From: a virus
Taxonomy: Duplodnaviria; Caudoviricetes
IMG/VR virus record: IMGVR_UViG_3300038988_000262
Span: 1 to 36,357 of that record
DNA length: 36,357 nt
Strand: one strand, 5' to 3'
Position numbers and translations under genes: made by a program. Below, in pieces: positions 36,357 through 36,357 of this stretch (the stretch's first letter is position 1; each line of letters opens with the position of its first letter). The notes below the pieces were generated by a model. It ran no database searches and was not told the origin of the DNA. It worked only from the letters and a program-made list of their open reading frames with translations.

Positions 36357-36357
36357 T

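Noticed and set aside
1-36357. Stop-codon reassignment (alternative genetic code)
   Set aside because: Conserved genes are full-length and tightly packed under the standard code; the only breaks are explained by split inteins.

Overview
AT-rich segment of a large (probably jumbo or T4-superfamily-like) dsDNA bacteriophage genome, read in the standard genetic code with clear Shine-Dalgarno sites. The + strand (1-3647) carries an Rnl2-type RNA ligase (5'-truncated), an Hc1 histone-H1-like protein and a RusA-like resolvase. Everything after that is on the - strand and forms a replication, recombination and nucleotide-metabolism module: gp32-like SSB, RecA/UvsX, sigma-like factor, 5'-3' exonuclease, Mre11/Rad50, primase, MazG, class II RNR, ThyX, dCMP deaminase, dNMP kinases, DnaE, a highly divergent PolA, a second SSB-like protein, DnaB helicase, a DUF2828 (TROVE/vWA, Ro60-like) protein and an endolysin-like muramidase. 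Four things stand out. (1) An array of 3 (+1 degenerate) covarying stem-closed RNA units, each carrying WWACAGCAAT, lies between a promoter and the Ro60-like gene: a candidate new RNP system. (2) Two fractured genes (DnaE, NrdJ) each have a split intein around a free-standing endonuclease, and the two intein pairs have mirror-image charge polarity. (3) A cluster of non-canonical nucleotide enzymes suggests a novel DNA base-modification pathway. (4) PolA and a Hint-like protein have degenerate catalytic motifs. All calls come from motif recognition by eye; no database searches were run.
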